Positions 1 through 11,062 of a stretch of DNA of 64,000 nucleotides are shown piece by piece. The translations under genes and the position numbers were made by a program. Source of the DNA: Lama guanicoe (Eukaryota); assembly GCA_013239625.1 (NCBI GenBank), contig MU054098.1, positions 2,791,104 to 2,855,103 on the forward strand, read 5' to 3'. Below the pieces are notes generated by a model. It did no database searches. It worked only from the letters and a program-made list of their open reading frames with translations, and had not been told where the DNA came from. Every line of letters starts with the position of its first letter. Within the stretch, counting starts at the first letter, position 1.

Positions 1-979
1 CCAGAGAGGAGGGGAGGGGGGAGCTCATTTTCACTGGGTGTGGGAGGAAGTCAGGCTCCCTGCATAGTCCCCACTGACACCATGTGGGGGCGAAAGTCCC
101 TCTCTCCCATGGAGTCTTCTCTGATACACCCTGAAGAGTGGGGAGGGGTGCCTGCCTGCTTACAATCAAGTGAGCATGGAGTCCATATTTCCCACTCAGG
201 CTTTGCTGGCATGGTGAGGGCACAGCTGGGTTTCATTCTGTGATGTTAGGGCAGATTACTTTCTTGCTAGGTTTCCCCTCTTCTGGTTCTTTGTCTGGAC
301 AAAGATTTTCTTGGGGCTCTTCTTGTCTTTTCCTGTTGGCATTTTTGGGTCACTTGCTCTTCCAGCACCCAGTCTGAGATAGATGAGGCAAAAATAAAAT
401 CAAACGAATTCATTGCGTGTCATTCTTGGGTCCCAAAGTCCCAAGCCAGTATGCCTTTTCTTCTCTCCATCTTTCAGAGTCCTATATTTGTTTTACATAT
501 AATATCCAGAGATTTTAGCTACACCTTGCAGTAGTAATAGGGAGAAATGTATCTACTCCTTCTGGTCTCCAAAATAGAAGTCCTTTCCTTCTACTTTTAA
601 TATAAGTAAATCGTACTATGCCATTTAAACCTTTATGTATTTGACTTTGTCACTTAACATTATATTCTAGAGATCCCTCGACAGCCCTATGTGGAAATTT
701 TCATCATTCTTTACACATTAGTGTACATCTTTGTGTGTGTTTGGCACTTTATTCATCCATCACACAATTGATGAATATTCAGCTTGTTCCCATTCTTTTG
801 CTATTCAAATAGTGCCAGAGTGAATATCTGTATCTATATTTATTATTATACCTATACCTAAAATCTTTGTGTCATTGCCAATATATCCTTAGGATACTCC
901 TGGAAATAGGATTTGTGAGTCAAAGAGTAAAGGCATATAAAAAATTGCCAGATACTATAAAATTCCCCACCATAATGAC

Positions 980-1455
980 TATATTAGTTTCCTATGACTA
1001 CTATAATAAATTACCACAAAGTTGTAATTTGTGGTCACTAAACAACAGAAATATCCTTGCATAGTTCTGGAGACTAGAAGTCAAAAAATAGTTTCAATGG
1101 GCCAAAATCAAGGTGTTGGAAGACTTAACTCCTTCCAGAGATGATAGGGGAGCCTCCTTTCTTCTTCCAGCTTTTGTTGGCTGCCTGCATTCCTTGGCTT
1201 GTAGCTCCATCAGTCCAGCCTCTGCATCCTTGGCCACATTGCGTCCTCTTCTTCTGTCTATGTCAACTCTCCCTCTGCTCCTCTCTTAAAAGGGCATTTG
1301 GGTTTGTATTTAGGGCCCATTTGGATAATCTAAAATAACCTCCCCATTTTAAGATCCTTAATGTAATCAAATCTATAAACACCTTTTTTTATATAAGGTA
1401 ATATTTACCTGTTCCAGGGGTTTAGGACCTGCTATCTTTGCAGAGACTATCAAGC
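980..1455. mobile_element. MaLR solo LTR (MLT1-like)
   Basis: Typical MLT1 phrases: 'tattagtttcctatg...aaattaccacaaa...aaacaacagaaat...ttctggagactagaagtcaaaa...tcaaggtgttgg...atttagggccc...gataatct'. Subfamily not determined. Confidence 0.75.
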
Positions 1456-2078
1456 CTATGACAGTGATTATACACTGTATGATCCCTGTGAACATCCCTG
1501 TGGGCAGGGTGTGAAAGGACATGTTTTTCCACATCCTCACTAACTGTGCTGACAAACATCTGGATCATTGCTGATCTAATACTTAAGAAATGGTATCTTA
1601 TTGTAGTGTTAATTGCATCTCTCAATTAAAGCAAGTTGGAGACTTTTCATGTTTAAAGATAATTTATATATTTTTTCTGTTAACTTTGATAGGGTTTTGT
1701 TTTTTAATGTCTTTATATTGATAAGCGTTTATGTTGGAGAGATATTAATGCTTAGTTAATGATGTTAGCAGCAAACGTTTTTCCCCCATGTCTTTAACTG
1801 GCTAGTATGTTTTTGCCATGCAGAGTTTCATTGCTATTTTTATGTTGTAAAATATATCAATCTTTTTCCTTAATGTGCCTGGATATTAATTTATACTTAG
1901 GAAAGTTTCCTCCCCTTCCAGATTACAGAATTCACCTATATTTTCTTCTAATACTTGTATGGATATTTCTTTTACATTTCATTCAGAACCATTTGGAATT
2001 TATCCTGTTGTAATATAGAAAAATAGATCCCCTCTTACCTTTTTAACCTTATGGTTATCTAGCTATCTCAATTCCACT

Positions 2079-2830
2079 TTTTTTTTTCAGTTGAAATATA
2101 GTTGATTTACAATGTTGTGTTGGTTTCTGGTGTACAGCAAAGTGACTCAGTTATACTATACATATATATTCTTTTTTCTTATTCTTTTATATTATGGTTT
2201 ATTACAGGATATTGAATTTAGTTCCCTGTGCTATACAGTAGGGCTTTGTTATTTATTTTATATGTAGTAGTTTGTATCTGCTAATCCCAAACTCCTAATT
2301 TATCCCTCCCCTCCATATACCTTTGGTAACTGTAAGTTTGTTTTCTATGTCTGTGAGTCCATTTCTGTTTTGTAAATAAGTTCATTTTTATCATATTTTA
2401 GATTCCATATATAAGTGATATATGATATTTGTCTTTCTTTGTCTGACTTACCTCACTTAGTATGATCTCTAGGTCCATCCGTGTTGCTGCAAATGGCATT
2501 ATTTCATTCTTTTTATGGCTGAGTAATATTCCATTGTATATATGTACCACATATTCTTTATTCAGTCATGTATCAGTGGACATGTAGGTTGCTTCCATAT
2601 CTTGGCTATTGTAAATAATGCTGCCATGAACATTGGGGTGCATGTATCTTTTAGAATTAGAATTTTCTTCACATATATGCCCAGGACTGGGATTGCTGGA
2701 TCATATGGCAACTCTATTTTTAGTTTGTTAAGGACCCTCCATACTGTTTTCCATAGGGGTTGCACCAATTTACATTCCCACTAGCAATGTAGGAGGGTTC
2801 CCTTTTCTGCACACCCTCTCCAGCATTTAT
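2079..2830 (-). mobile_element. 5'-truncated L1 (cetartiodactyl type), ORF2 C-terminus plus 3' UTR
   Basis: ORF 2562-2768(-) '[28 protein letters not shown]...[22 protein letters not shown]' is the L1 ORF2 C-terminus. There is a poly-T at ~2078-2087 and near-identical flanks tcaattccact / tcaataccact (TSD). Confidence 0.9.
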
Positions 2831-2843
2831 TTCAATACCACTA

Positions 2844-3269
2844 TGAGCTGGCCTTGAGACGAGTTAAGGCCGTGGGACCCAAGGCCATGGCCAGAGCCTT
2901 GAGATAAGTTAAGGCTGTGGGACCCAAGGCCACGACTATGGAGCATGTTTGTAGTATGCAGTAAATAATTGCTCCACGCATGCGTCAATTATATAAGATT
3001 TAGAACAAAGGAAATAGAAGTACGCATGTGCTAGAGATATTCTGTAAGCCTAATGAACAAAGAAACTCAGACCACGCATGTGCTGACAGGAAACAGATAA
3101 AAGCAGGACAGGTGCATCACAGGCGCGCACCTCCCTGTGGCAACAAAGTGTTGTTAACCCCATGGTGTCTCCGGCTGAAGTCTGTCCAGCAGTATGGCAA
3201 CTCCTCGTGCATTTTTTCGTTTGGGCCGCTCACCTCCTAGAACCCCACATCAGCCTCCCTCGGCTAACA
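2844..3269 (+). mobile_element. Probable solo LTR, CpG-retaining, with an internal 37-bp direct repeat
   Basis: Starts TG and ends CA. Direct repeat gccttgagaYRagttaaggcYgtgggacccaaggcca at 2851-2887 and 2896-2932. TATA-like gataaaag at ~3096 and polyA-like aacaaa at ~3141. No clean TSD; family not recognised. Confidence 0.55.
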
Positions 3270-3598
3270 AACACTTCTTAATCCTCCATCATATCTCCAC
3301 TGATTTGTAATGCTGCTTTTGTCAGAGTCCAGAATTCTATATCACTATTTTATATTGTTTCATTTAATCTTTCAGTCAATTTATGAACCCATAAAACAAA
3401 AATTAAAATAATATTTTACATCTACTTACATAGAGCTTTCTATTTAACACAGAAAGAGGCTACACTTTGTCTGGAGGTTGTCAATATCCCTGTACCCTGG
3501 CTATCCCCCCTACTCCCTTCCACCCAGGCTTCCAGAAAGCTCCGCCTGGTGGGTGTGGACCACAGCCCTTCTCACCTTCCTGCTCCACAATGTTCAAG

Positions 3599-3632
3599 CT
3601 GCAGTTCAGGATTGTGTCACGAGGTGGCAGCA
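3599..3632 (+). promoter_or_regulatory. CTCF-like site with upstream (U) motif
   Basis: CTGCAGTTC (3599-3607), a short spacer, then TGTCACGAGGTGGCAGCA (3615-3632), resembling the core consensus CCASYAGRKGGCRS. Confidence 0.6.
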
Positions 3633-3840
3633 ACATACCGCCATCATCAAACCTCTCTACAAAAATAGGTCAGCTAGGAGCAAAAAACCCCCAAAAAACA
3701 GAAAGAAAGAAAAAAGAAATACCCTCCTTAAAAGACAGCCTATGAACCTCTATGTAGAATGATTCTTAATTCTGTCCGAAAAAATCTATAGTTTTAAAAG
3801 AAGACTGTAGAAACATATACCCCGGGACCTGAATACGATG

Positions 3841-3858
3841 AAACACCAGGTGGCAGCA
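3841..3858 (+). promoter_or_regulatory. CTCF-like core motif
   Basis: AAACACCAGGTGGCAGCA closely matches CCACCAGGTGGCAG. It also contains the E-box CAGGTG. Confidence 0.55.
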
Positions 3859-4682
3859 GCACCTTAGCAGCGGGCAGGCGAAGGGCAGCGCAGGGGAGGC
3901 GGGGAAGTGACAGCGGATGACAGACACGGGGTGTGAGAAGGACTGGGCAGCCTCTACAGAAGTGGGGTATGGAGGGCGAACGCCCTGCTCTCTGGGAGAG
4001 AACCTCTACAGTGTGGACGCATTAACCTACACTGATGAGGGAAGAGATAGCTGAATAAAAATGATGTAAATTTGGGATCAACAGAAATTCTGTTTCCAAA
4101 TAGAATTTGTACCATAGTAAACAAACCATTTAAAGATATTTCTTACTCTTTGCAAAATGTACAATGTCACTGCTGTGTGTGGAGGGGGCTGTGTGATGGA
4201 GCTGGGGGAGGGGCAGAGCATCACTGCACAGCTTCCAGTGACCTGAGTGGGGACAGGAAAGCACATCCTCACTCCTGTTCCCTCTGTTTCGGGTGCTTTC
4301 CTCTCCTCTTACTTTCGTCTCTATTTGATGTGCTGTCTTATCCCCTTACTCTCCTCTACAGTGGAACATCAGAGAAGGCTGTGGATAATGAGCCCCAGAA
4401 ACAGGAGCTGACAGTAAAGATGCAAGTGTGATGATGAATCTGCTAGACAAGTTCCTGGAGCCAGTGACGAAGAGATCGGGCCCCATCACTGGGACTCTTC
4501 AGGTAAGTCACTACCCTTTCCTCCATTGTCTTCTATACAACAGGATAACAATAATGCTCCCGACCACCCAGGAGTATTGTGGAGTTTAAGTATGATCCAC
4601 GTGGGAAAGTAATGCATGCTTGTTGGTAGGAGGGAAGGACCAATGCATTTTTGAGTAATTATATGAACAATGACATCTCAGA

Positions 4683-5322
4683 ACACTGTTGGTGGGAAGG
4701 TAAAATGGTGCAGCCTGTGTGAAAAGCAATGTCAGTTCCTCAAAAAGATAAACATAGAATTACTGTAAGATGTAGCAATTCCACTTCTGGGTTTATACCC
4801 CAAACAACTGAAAGCAGGGACTCAAACACATACCTGCACACCAATGTTCACAGCAGTATTATTTACAATAGCCGAAAGGTGGAAGCAACCCAAGTGTCTA
4901 TCAACAAGATGAATGGATTTTTAAAAATGTGATATCCATGTACAGTGGAAATACTTTCAGCCTTAAATGGGAATGAAATTCTGATACATGCTACAACACA
5001 GATGAACGTTGAAAACATTATGCTATGTGAAATAATCCAGGCACAAAAGAACAACTATGAATGATTCAACTTGTATAAGGTACCTAGAATAGGTAAATTC
5101 AGAGACAGAAAGTATAAGAGGTTACCAAGGACTGGAGGAAGAGAGGAATGGGGAGTTATTGTTTAATAGATACAGAGTTTCTATTTCAGATGATGAAAAA
5201 GTTCTAGAAATAGATAGTGGTTGCACAACACTGTAAATGAACCTAATGCTACTGAATTGTACACTTAAAATTGGTTTAAATGGTGAATTTTGTTATGTAT
5301 ATTTTACCACAATTTAAAAAAA
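4683..5322 (+). mobile_element. Ancient L1 3' end (L1MB-like)
   Basis: 'cactgttggtgggaaggtaaaatggtgcagcc...gcaattccacttctgggtttataccc...tgttatgtatattttaccacaatttaaaaaaa'. Confidence 0.85.
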
Positions 5323-5334
5323 ATAGTCCTTTCA

Positions 5335-5655
5335 AGGGAAAGAGGGAGGCAGGAGAGTCAGAGAAAGAGATGTGACGACAGGTGTAGGAAAAACAGTCAG
5401 AAAAAGATTGGAAGATGCTACTGTGCTGGATTTGAAGATGGAGGCCAGAAGTCTCAAACCAGAAGGCGCCGCAAGCCTAGGCATGCAGTCGCCCGCGTGA
5501 AGCTGGAGTAGGCAAGGAAACGAATCCTCCCGTAGACTCTCCAGAAGGGATGCAGCCGAGCTGACGTCTTAGTTTTCGTCCAGTAATACTTATTTTTGGA
5601 CTTCTGACCTTCAGGACTATAAGAGGATAGATCTTTGTTGTTTTAAGCCATTAAA
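5335..5655. mobile_element. MaLR LTR fragment (MLT1-like)
   Basis: 'gctggatttgaagatggagg...aggcaaggaaacgaatcctccc...gacttctgaccttcagg...tgttgttttaagcca'. Confidence 0.7.
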
Positions 5656-5811
5656 CAAAGAGCAAGGTGTGGCCAAATAATGCATTTGTGTTCATTTTGA
5701 AATTCCCTTGTTTGTTCTTTTTTGGGATTTCCTCACTTGTAAATAACTAACTCAATCTCTGGCTTGTCATTTTTAGCAGGAACCATTTTCTTTCTTTTAT
5801 GAGACATTTCT

Positions 5812-6152
5812 TCCTTAGTCCAGTCGGGCCACTATAGCAAAAATACCATAAACTGCATGGTTTATAAACAACAGAAATCTGTTTCTCATAGTTCTGGAAG
5901 CTGGAAGTCTGAGATCAGCGTGCAAACATGGTTAGGAAATGCCCTTTTCTGGGTCACAGACTTCTCATTGTATCTCCACATGGTAGAAGAATCTCTCTGG
6001 AGTCTCTTTTATAACAGCACTAAGCCCTTTCATGACAGCTCTGCCCTCATGACCTCATCACCCAAAGGCCCCGTCTCCTAATACCATCACCTTAGGGGGT
6101 CAGGATTTCAACATATGAATTTTGATGGGGGACAAACATTCGGACCATAGCA
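5812..6152. mobile_element. MaLR solo LTR (MLT1A-like)
   Basis: 'cttagtccagtcggg...aaaataccataaactg...ttataaacaacagaaat...caacatatgaattttg...caaacattcggaccatagca'. Confidence 0.8.
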
Positions 6153-6999
6153 CTTCCCATATTGACAAGTTTTAGCTTTATTAAGTAATATTTTTATATA
6201 ATTAAAATCTGCGTAGGTTTTTGTTATATATATATATTTTACCACACAGATTTTTTCTAAAATATGAACTGACAAGAATTAGCCTCACTAGTAGAATTGA
6301 GCATAATTTTGTATGTGTGCTGGCCATTTTATGTTTTTGTGATTAAAGACCATTTTCACTAAGTTCTAAATATACTTAGCATTGTTCTGATGGAACAGAA
6401 TGATTTCCTCTCCATGTATCTAGAATTTTCTTTACCTTTTCTTTTTGCTAGACTACATAGACACACACTCACATGCGTGCGTGTGCACTAAATGCTCCTT
6501 AGATTATGGAAAATCAGTGCCCATGATTAAAGAAAAAGTTTGATGAAGTGTCAAGAAAGGAATCAGGACCAATTCCATTCTACTGGGCATTGAACTGTGA
6601 TGTACTTTTCATTGTACCAAGTTAACATGGTGGGTTTTATTCATCGAACACGTGCTTGAAAGTAAAAAAATAAAAACATAACTCAACATTCAAATCTTTT
6701 GAGGAAAAAGAAAGAGCACCACCTGTTACTTTAACTGGTCACCATCATTCCTGTAATTTGCTGCATGAGAGGAAAGGTATGCGCACTGGCAGCTCTGGGT
6801 TCATGTCCATGTATATCCATGATTAAAAGCAAGCAAGCAAGCAAACCAGAGACAAGCACCACACAAACTCTGAACATCCCAGAAAGTCTCTTATTGACAC
6901 AGCCCAGCTAAATTTTCTACACTTGGAGGCAATGGCTGGAGCTCAGGGGCTGCAATTTCTAAAGGGTGCAAAGGGGCAGTAGGGTGCGAAGGGGCTGCT

Positions 7000-8135
7000 C
7001 TCAGTGGAGGTTCCCATCAGTCAAATGATACATAAATATAGATCATAAAGATTTCTGGTAAAAAAAATGAAAGATTCTAGACTGGAAAAGAAAAGAACAG
7101 AATGATTCTAAATGAAATGAAATACAGATTTTTTAAAAAATGAAGCCATATTGATATAAAAATTATTTAAATATTTGAATTAATAATGAAATGAAAGAGA
7201 GGAGACAAATTGTCTTTAGTGAATAATTCTAAATAATATACGTAGATACCCGGCCTTTATGAGGTGAACCTAAAATCTGCCTCCCACCACTGAGGGCAGG
7301 GCAGACTTAATGATTTACTTCTAAAGAACAGAGTAGGTGAATACACAACAGTTACTGTACACTGGAGAAACTCGACAAACACCACCTTAACCCAGTGATG
7401 AAGGTAACATCTCCAGTGACCCACTGATGTCACGTGGATACCATCCTCCCAGATATGATGTGACAAGATGGGCACTTCAACTGTGTGGCATTCTTTCTCC
7501 AAACCCAGAATCACAGTCTAATCACGAGAAAAAGAACAGACTATGCCTGTACCTCTCAAGACTGTCAGGGTCGTGGAAACAGTGTGGCAGTTCCTCAAGC
7601 AGTTAAACGGAGAGTTACCATATGACCCAGCAGTTCCACTCCTAGGTACACAACCTAGAGAAATGGCAACATATATCTACATAAACACTTGTACGTGAAT
7701 GTATGTAGCATCATTATTCATAAAAGCCAAAAGTGGAAACAACCAAAATGTCTACCAATTAATGAATGGATAAAGAAAATGTGGTGTATTATTTGGCAAT
7801 AAAAAGAAGCACTGATATATGCTACAACATGGATGAACCTTGAAAACAGTATGCCAAGTGAAAAAAGTCAAATATCTAAAAAAATAAGTGCAATCACTGT
7901 ATTAAATGCCCAGAATAGGCGAGTCCCTGGGGAGAAAGCATATTTGGTTCCTGGGACTGGGGATGGGCGTGGGCTTTAACTGCATTCAAGCACAGTGGGA
8001 CTTCTGGGGCTGAGGGAGCATCTAAAACTCCATTATGGTGATGGTTGTACAAGTCTGCACAGTTACTAAAAATCATTGGACTGTGCCCTTAAAATGTGTG
8101 GACTTGGTAAATTACATTGCAAAAAAGCTGTTAAA
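7000..8135 (+). mobile_element. Ancient L1 3' fragments (L1MC/L1MB-like, composite)
   Basis: L1 3' phrases such as 'ggaaacagtgtggcagttcctcaagcagttaaacggagagttaccatatgacccagc' and 'caacatggatgaaccttgaaaac'. Confidence 0.7.
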
Positions 8136-8783
8136 ATATGATATTGTCCTGGTCTTGTTTTACCACAGTACAAACCAGCCTTTTCCATACAAAAGTTTAG
8201 ATGCATGTGTTCTACATTAGTCACATATTTCATATAAATATTAATTTCTATAAAGGTGTGGCTGTATCCCAGGCCTGCTGACTCTATGTCCTTTGTTCCT
8301 CCAAGCAACACTTTCCCCCAAAAAATGTTACTTCAGGTTGTGCTTGTGTGTGAAGTTTCATTTACCTCTGATCATTTCCACATCTTCCCACAGTGGTGGT
8401 GACTTGACAGTGCGTCCACGACAAAGGCCAGGGCTTGGCCTGTGTGACATAGTGTCAGCATTACTACTTCCTCCACTCCACTGTGGCCTGTCTCATGTGA
8501 CTCCAGTTTGGGGAGATTACACTGGAACTACCTTTCCAGGTGTCAGGATGGCAGGACTTCTCAAAGGGTCATATAGTTGCACCCTGTTTGCACCAACAAT
8601 TTCCCTTTTAGAAGTTTATATTCAGGATGCAATTAAGGATGGTGATAAGGATTTGGTTACAAAGACTGCCATCTTGATAATTCCCTAACTTCACCTCTGG
8701 GTTTGAATTTAAGAAGGGAGACCAAATGCCAAGCCACACCATGAGGGCACAGAAGGAAGCACAGGAAGGAAATGTGGCTGGCA

Positions 8784-8834
8784 GTGCACGTGCGTGCGCG
8801 CACACGCGCGCGCGCACACACACACACACACACA
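8784..8834. repeat. Alternating purine-pyrimidine microsatellite, (GC)n/(CA)n compound
   Basis: gtgcacgtgcgtgcgcgcacacgcgcgcgcgcacacacacacacacacaca, an uninterrupted RY alternation of ~51 nt. Confidence 0.95.
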
Positions 8835-9059
8835 GACTAATACGCCAAACAGGCTCTTTTATCATAATACTAGAATTCTCCCAAGACAGTTTTCTAGACT
8901 CAAAGAGGACACACTCCGCTCACCATGCAAATAGCCATGAGGAATGTGACCTTTAGCAGTGTATAGACACTGAAAAGATGCCACCCATAGTGTTAATAGG
9001 GAATACCAGAAACACTCCATATAATGCAAGGCTGTGAGAATTAATTATGTCACATCCAT

Positions 9060-9780
9060 AGTAATAAAAAAAAATTTCATCTTCTAAGGTATGGAGAATT
9101 CATTCTGGCTTATACATGAGTTAACTTGAATTTTATGCTAAAACAGCCCCTTTGTGGCCTATCAAACATACATTGTACATATGCTTTAATTATTAAACAA
9201 AAGGGCACACTGACCAGAAGTAAAGACTGTCCATGTTATACATATTATTATATATAAAATAGAAAAACAGCAAGGTCCTACCGTATAGCACAGGAAACTA
9301 TATTCATTATCTTATAATAACCTATAATGAAAAAGAATCTGAAAAAGAATATATATACATATAAATGTATAACTGAATCGCTATGCTGTATACCAGAAAC
9401 TAATACAACATTGTAAATGAACAATACTTCAATAAAAAATAAAAGAATGTCCATGTTAAAGATTAAATGCCTCCCTTCCTGGGACACCACTGCTGGTACT
9501 CCTTTGATGATAAGGCTCCCTTCCCAGCTGCCAAGGCCATATTGACTCGCTGTGTACGTGCTGACCTGTGTTTTTTTTTTTTGAAACTTTGAAGTAATGT
9601 ATCCCTGACTTGTTTAATGTTCTTTGTTCTGACAAGATAACAAAACTGTGCTGAAAACTATGCTTCTCCGGAGCAGTTCCTCAGGGTTATCTTAGATGCT
9701 GTCTTCTGGCCTCAATTTGGCTGAAATAAAACTCTTTTCTATTCCTATGATAGATTGTTTATTGATTATTTTCATCAACA
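9060..9780 (+). mobile_element. ERV-type solo LTR interrupted by an L1 3' fragment (~9240-9445)
   Basis: LTR-like body with AATAAA at ~9725, ending 'atcaaca'. The L1 tail 'gcaaggtcctaccgtatagcacaggaaactatattca...cttcaataaaaaataaaa' is flanked by tgtccatgtta repeats (TSD). Confidence 0.65.
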
Positions 9781-10304
9781 TTATGGTGGAATTCCAGACA
9801 AGCAGCAAAAACAAGTGATAATCAAAACAATGAGGAGGGATGATGTGTTGCCTATAGGAAAAGCAATGATTCACATTATTTCTAATGTATGGAGAAAAAG
9901 GCCCTTTCTTACAATGATGTTAGGAATATAAATTAGTAATAGTATTTCCAATGTTGTATTAATATAAAAGATTACATTTGCAAGATATTATAAAGAAATA
10001 CAAGATATATATATATAAGCAAGGGTGTTAAGTATGCTGTTGTCTGTAACAGAAAATACGGTAACAGCACTACATTTTCACTACTTGGGTACTGCTGAAA
10101 CAGTTAGGAGCATCATATGAGGAAATACCCAGTCAATATTAAAAAATTGAAATTTAAAAAATACTTAAAATATATCATAGAAATATATTTTTGTGAAAAG
10201 ATGGTTATAAAATTGCGAGAGAAGACTATAAGGATTATAAGTGGCCTTGATCCATTTTGGCTAATACAGATCTCTAGCTATTTATCCAAAGGTCTCAAAG
10301 AGTA

Positions 10305-11062
10305 AAAATTTTTAAATGATCTTTCAGTTCCGCTCGTATAAAGCTTTCTCTTCAACACAGAAGGAGGCTGCACTTTCTCAGTATCTCAGTATTCCTGTAC
10401 CCTGGGAATGCCCCCTTTCCACCTAGGCTTCCAGAAAGCTCTGCCTGGTGGGTGTGGGTCACAGCCCCGCCCACCTTTCCGCTTTCACAAGGCTCAAGCT
10501 GCAGTTCAGGCTTCTGTCACGAGGTGGCAGCAATGTACCACCATCATCAAAACTCTGCAAAAATGGGTCATCGTGGAGCTAAAAAAAAAAAAAATCCACC
10601 ATACCCTCCTTAAAAACCCAGCTTTTGAACCTATGTACAGAATGATTACAATTCTGTCTTTTAAAAAGTAGGTGTAAAAGAATATTGTAAAAACATGTAC
10701 TCTGGGCCTGCACATGGTGAAACACCAGGTGGCAGCAGCACCTTCGCAATGGCCGGCGGGTGGGCGGGCGAAAGGCAGCGCAGGGGAGGAGGGGAGTGAC
10801 AGAGGATGGGGCATCAGAGCGGGATCTGGACAGAGGATAACAGATATGGGCTGTTAGAAGGACTGGACAGCCTGTTCAGAGTTGGGGTACTGGAGGGTGA
10901 ACGCCCAGCTCTCTGGGTGGGACCCCTTTAGAGTGTGGACAGGTCAACTAACAATGAGGAGGCAAGAGATACATGTGATATAGATTTGTGATCAACAGCA
11001 AATGGAACTGCGTTAAAAGACATGAATTTTCCAAACAGAATTGTTATCTTAGTGAACAAACT
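10305..11062 (+). repeat. Duplicated non-coding cassette, copy 2, with CTCF-like motifs
   Basis: Paralogous to ~3400-4127, offset 6900 nt at the first motif. Motifs are at 10499-10532 (U + core) and 10720-10737 (core). Confidence 0.9.

Larger units (their letters stand above)
3400..4127 (+). repeat. Duplicated non-coding cassette, copy 1, with CTCF-like motifs
   Basis: Co-linear similarity with ~10305-11062, e.g. 'ttccacccaggcttccagaaagctccgcctggtgggtgtgg', 'tcaagctgcagttcagg', 'tgtcacgaggtggcagcaa' and 'tgaaacaccaggtggcagcagcacctt'. Confidence 0.9.

Noticed and set aside
2851..2932. 37-bp direct repeats with a spacer, superficially CRISPR-like
   Set aside because: There are only two units with an 8-nt spacer, the context is mammalian with no cas genes, and it is better explained as an LTR enhancer duplication.
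3467..3745. Paralogous ORFs 3467-3745 and 10408-10671 as a duplicated small protein gene
   Set aside because: The similarity follows from the DNA duplication. The starts differ (TTG versus a later ATG), the ORFs run through variable A-tracts and end differently, and no protein family is recognisable.
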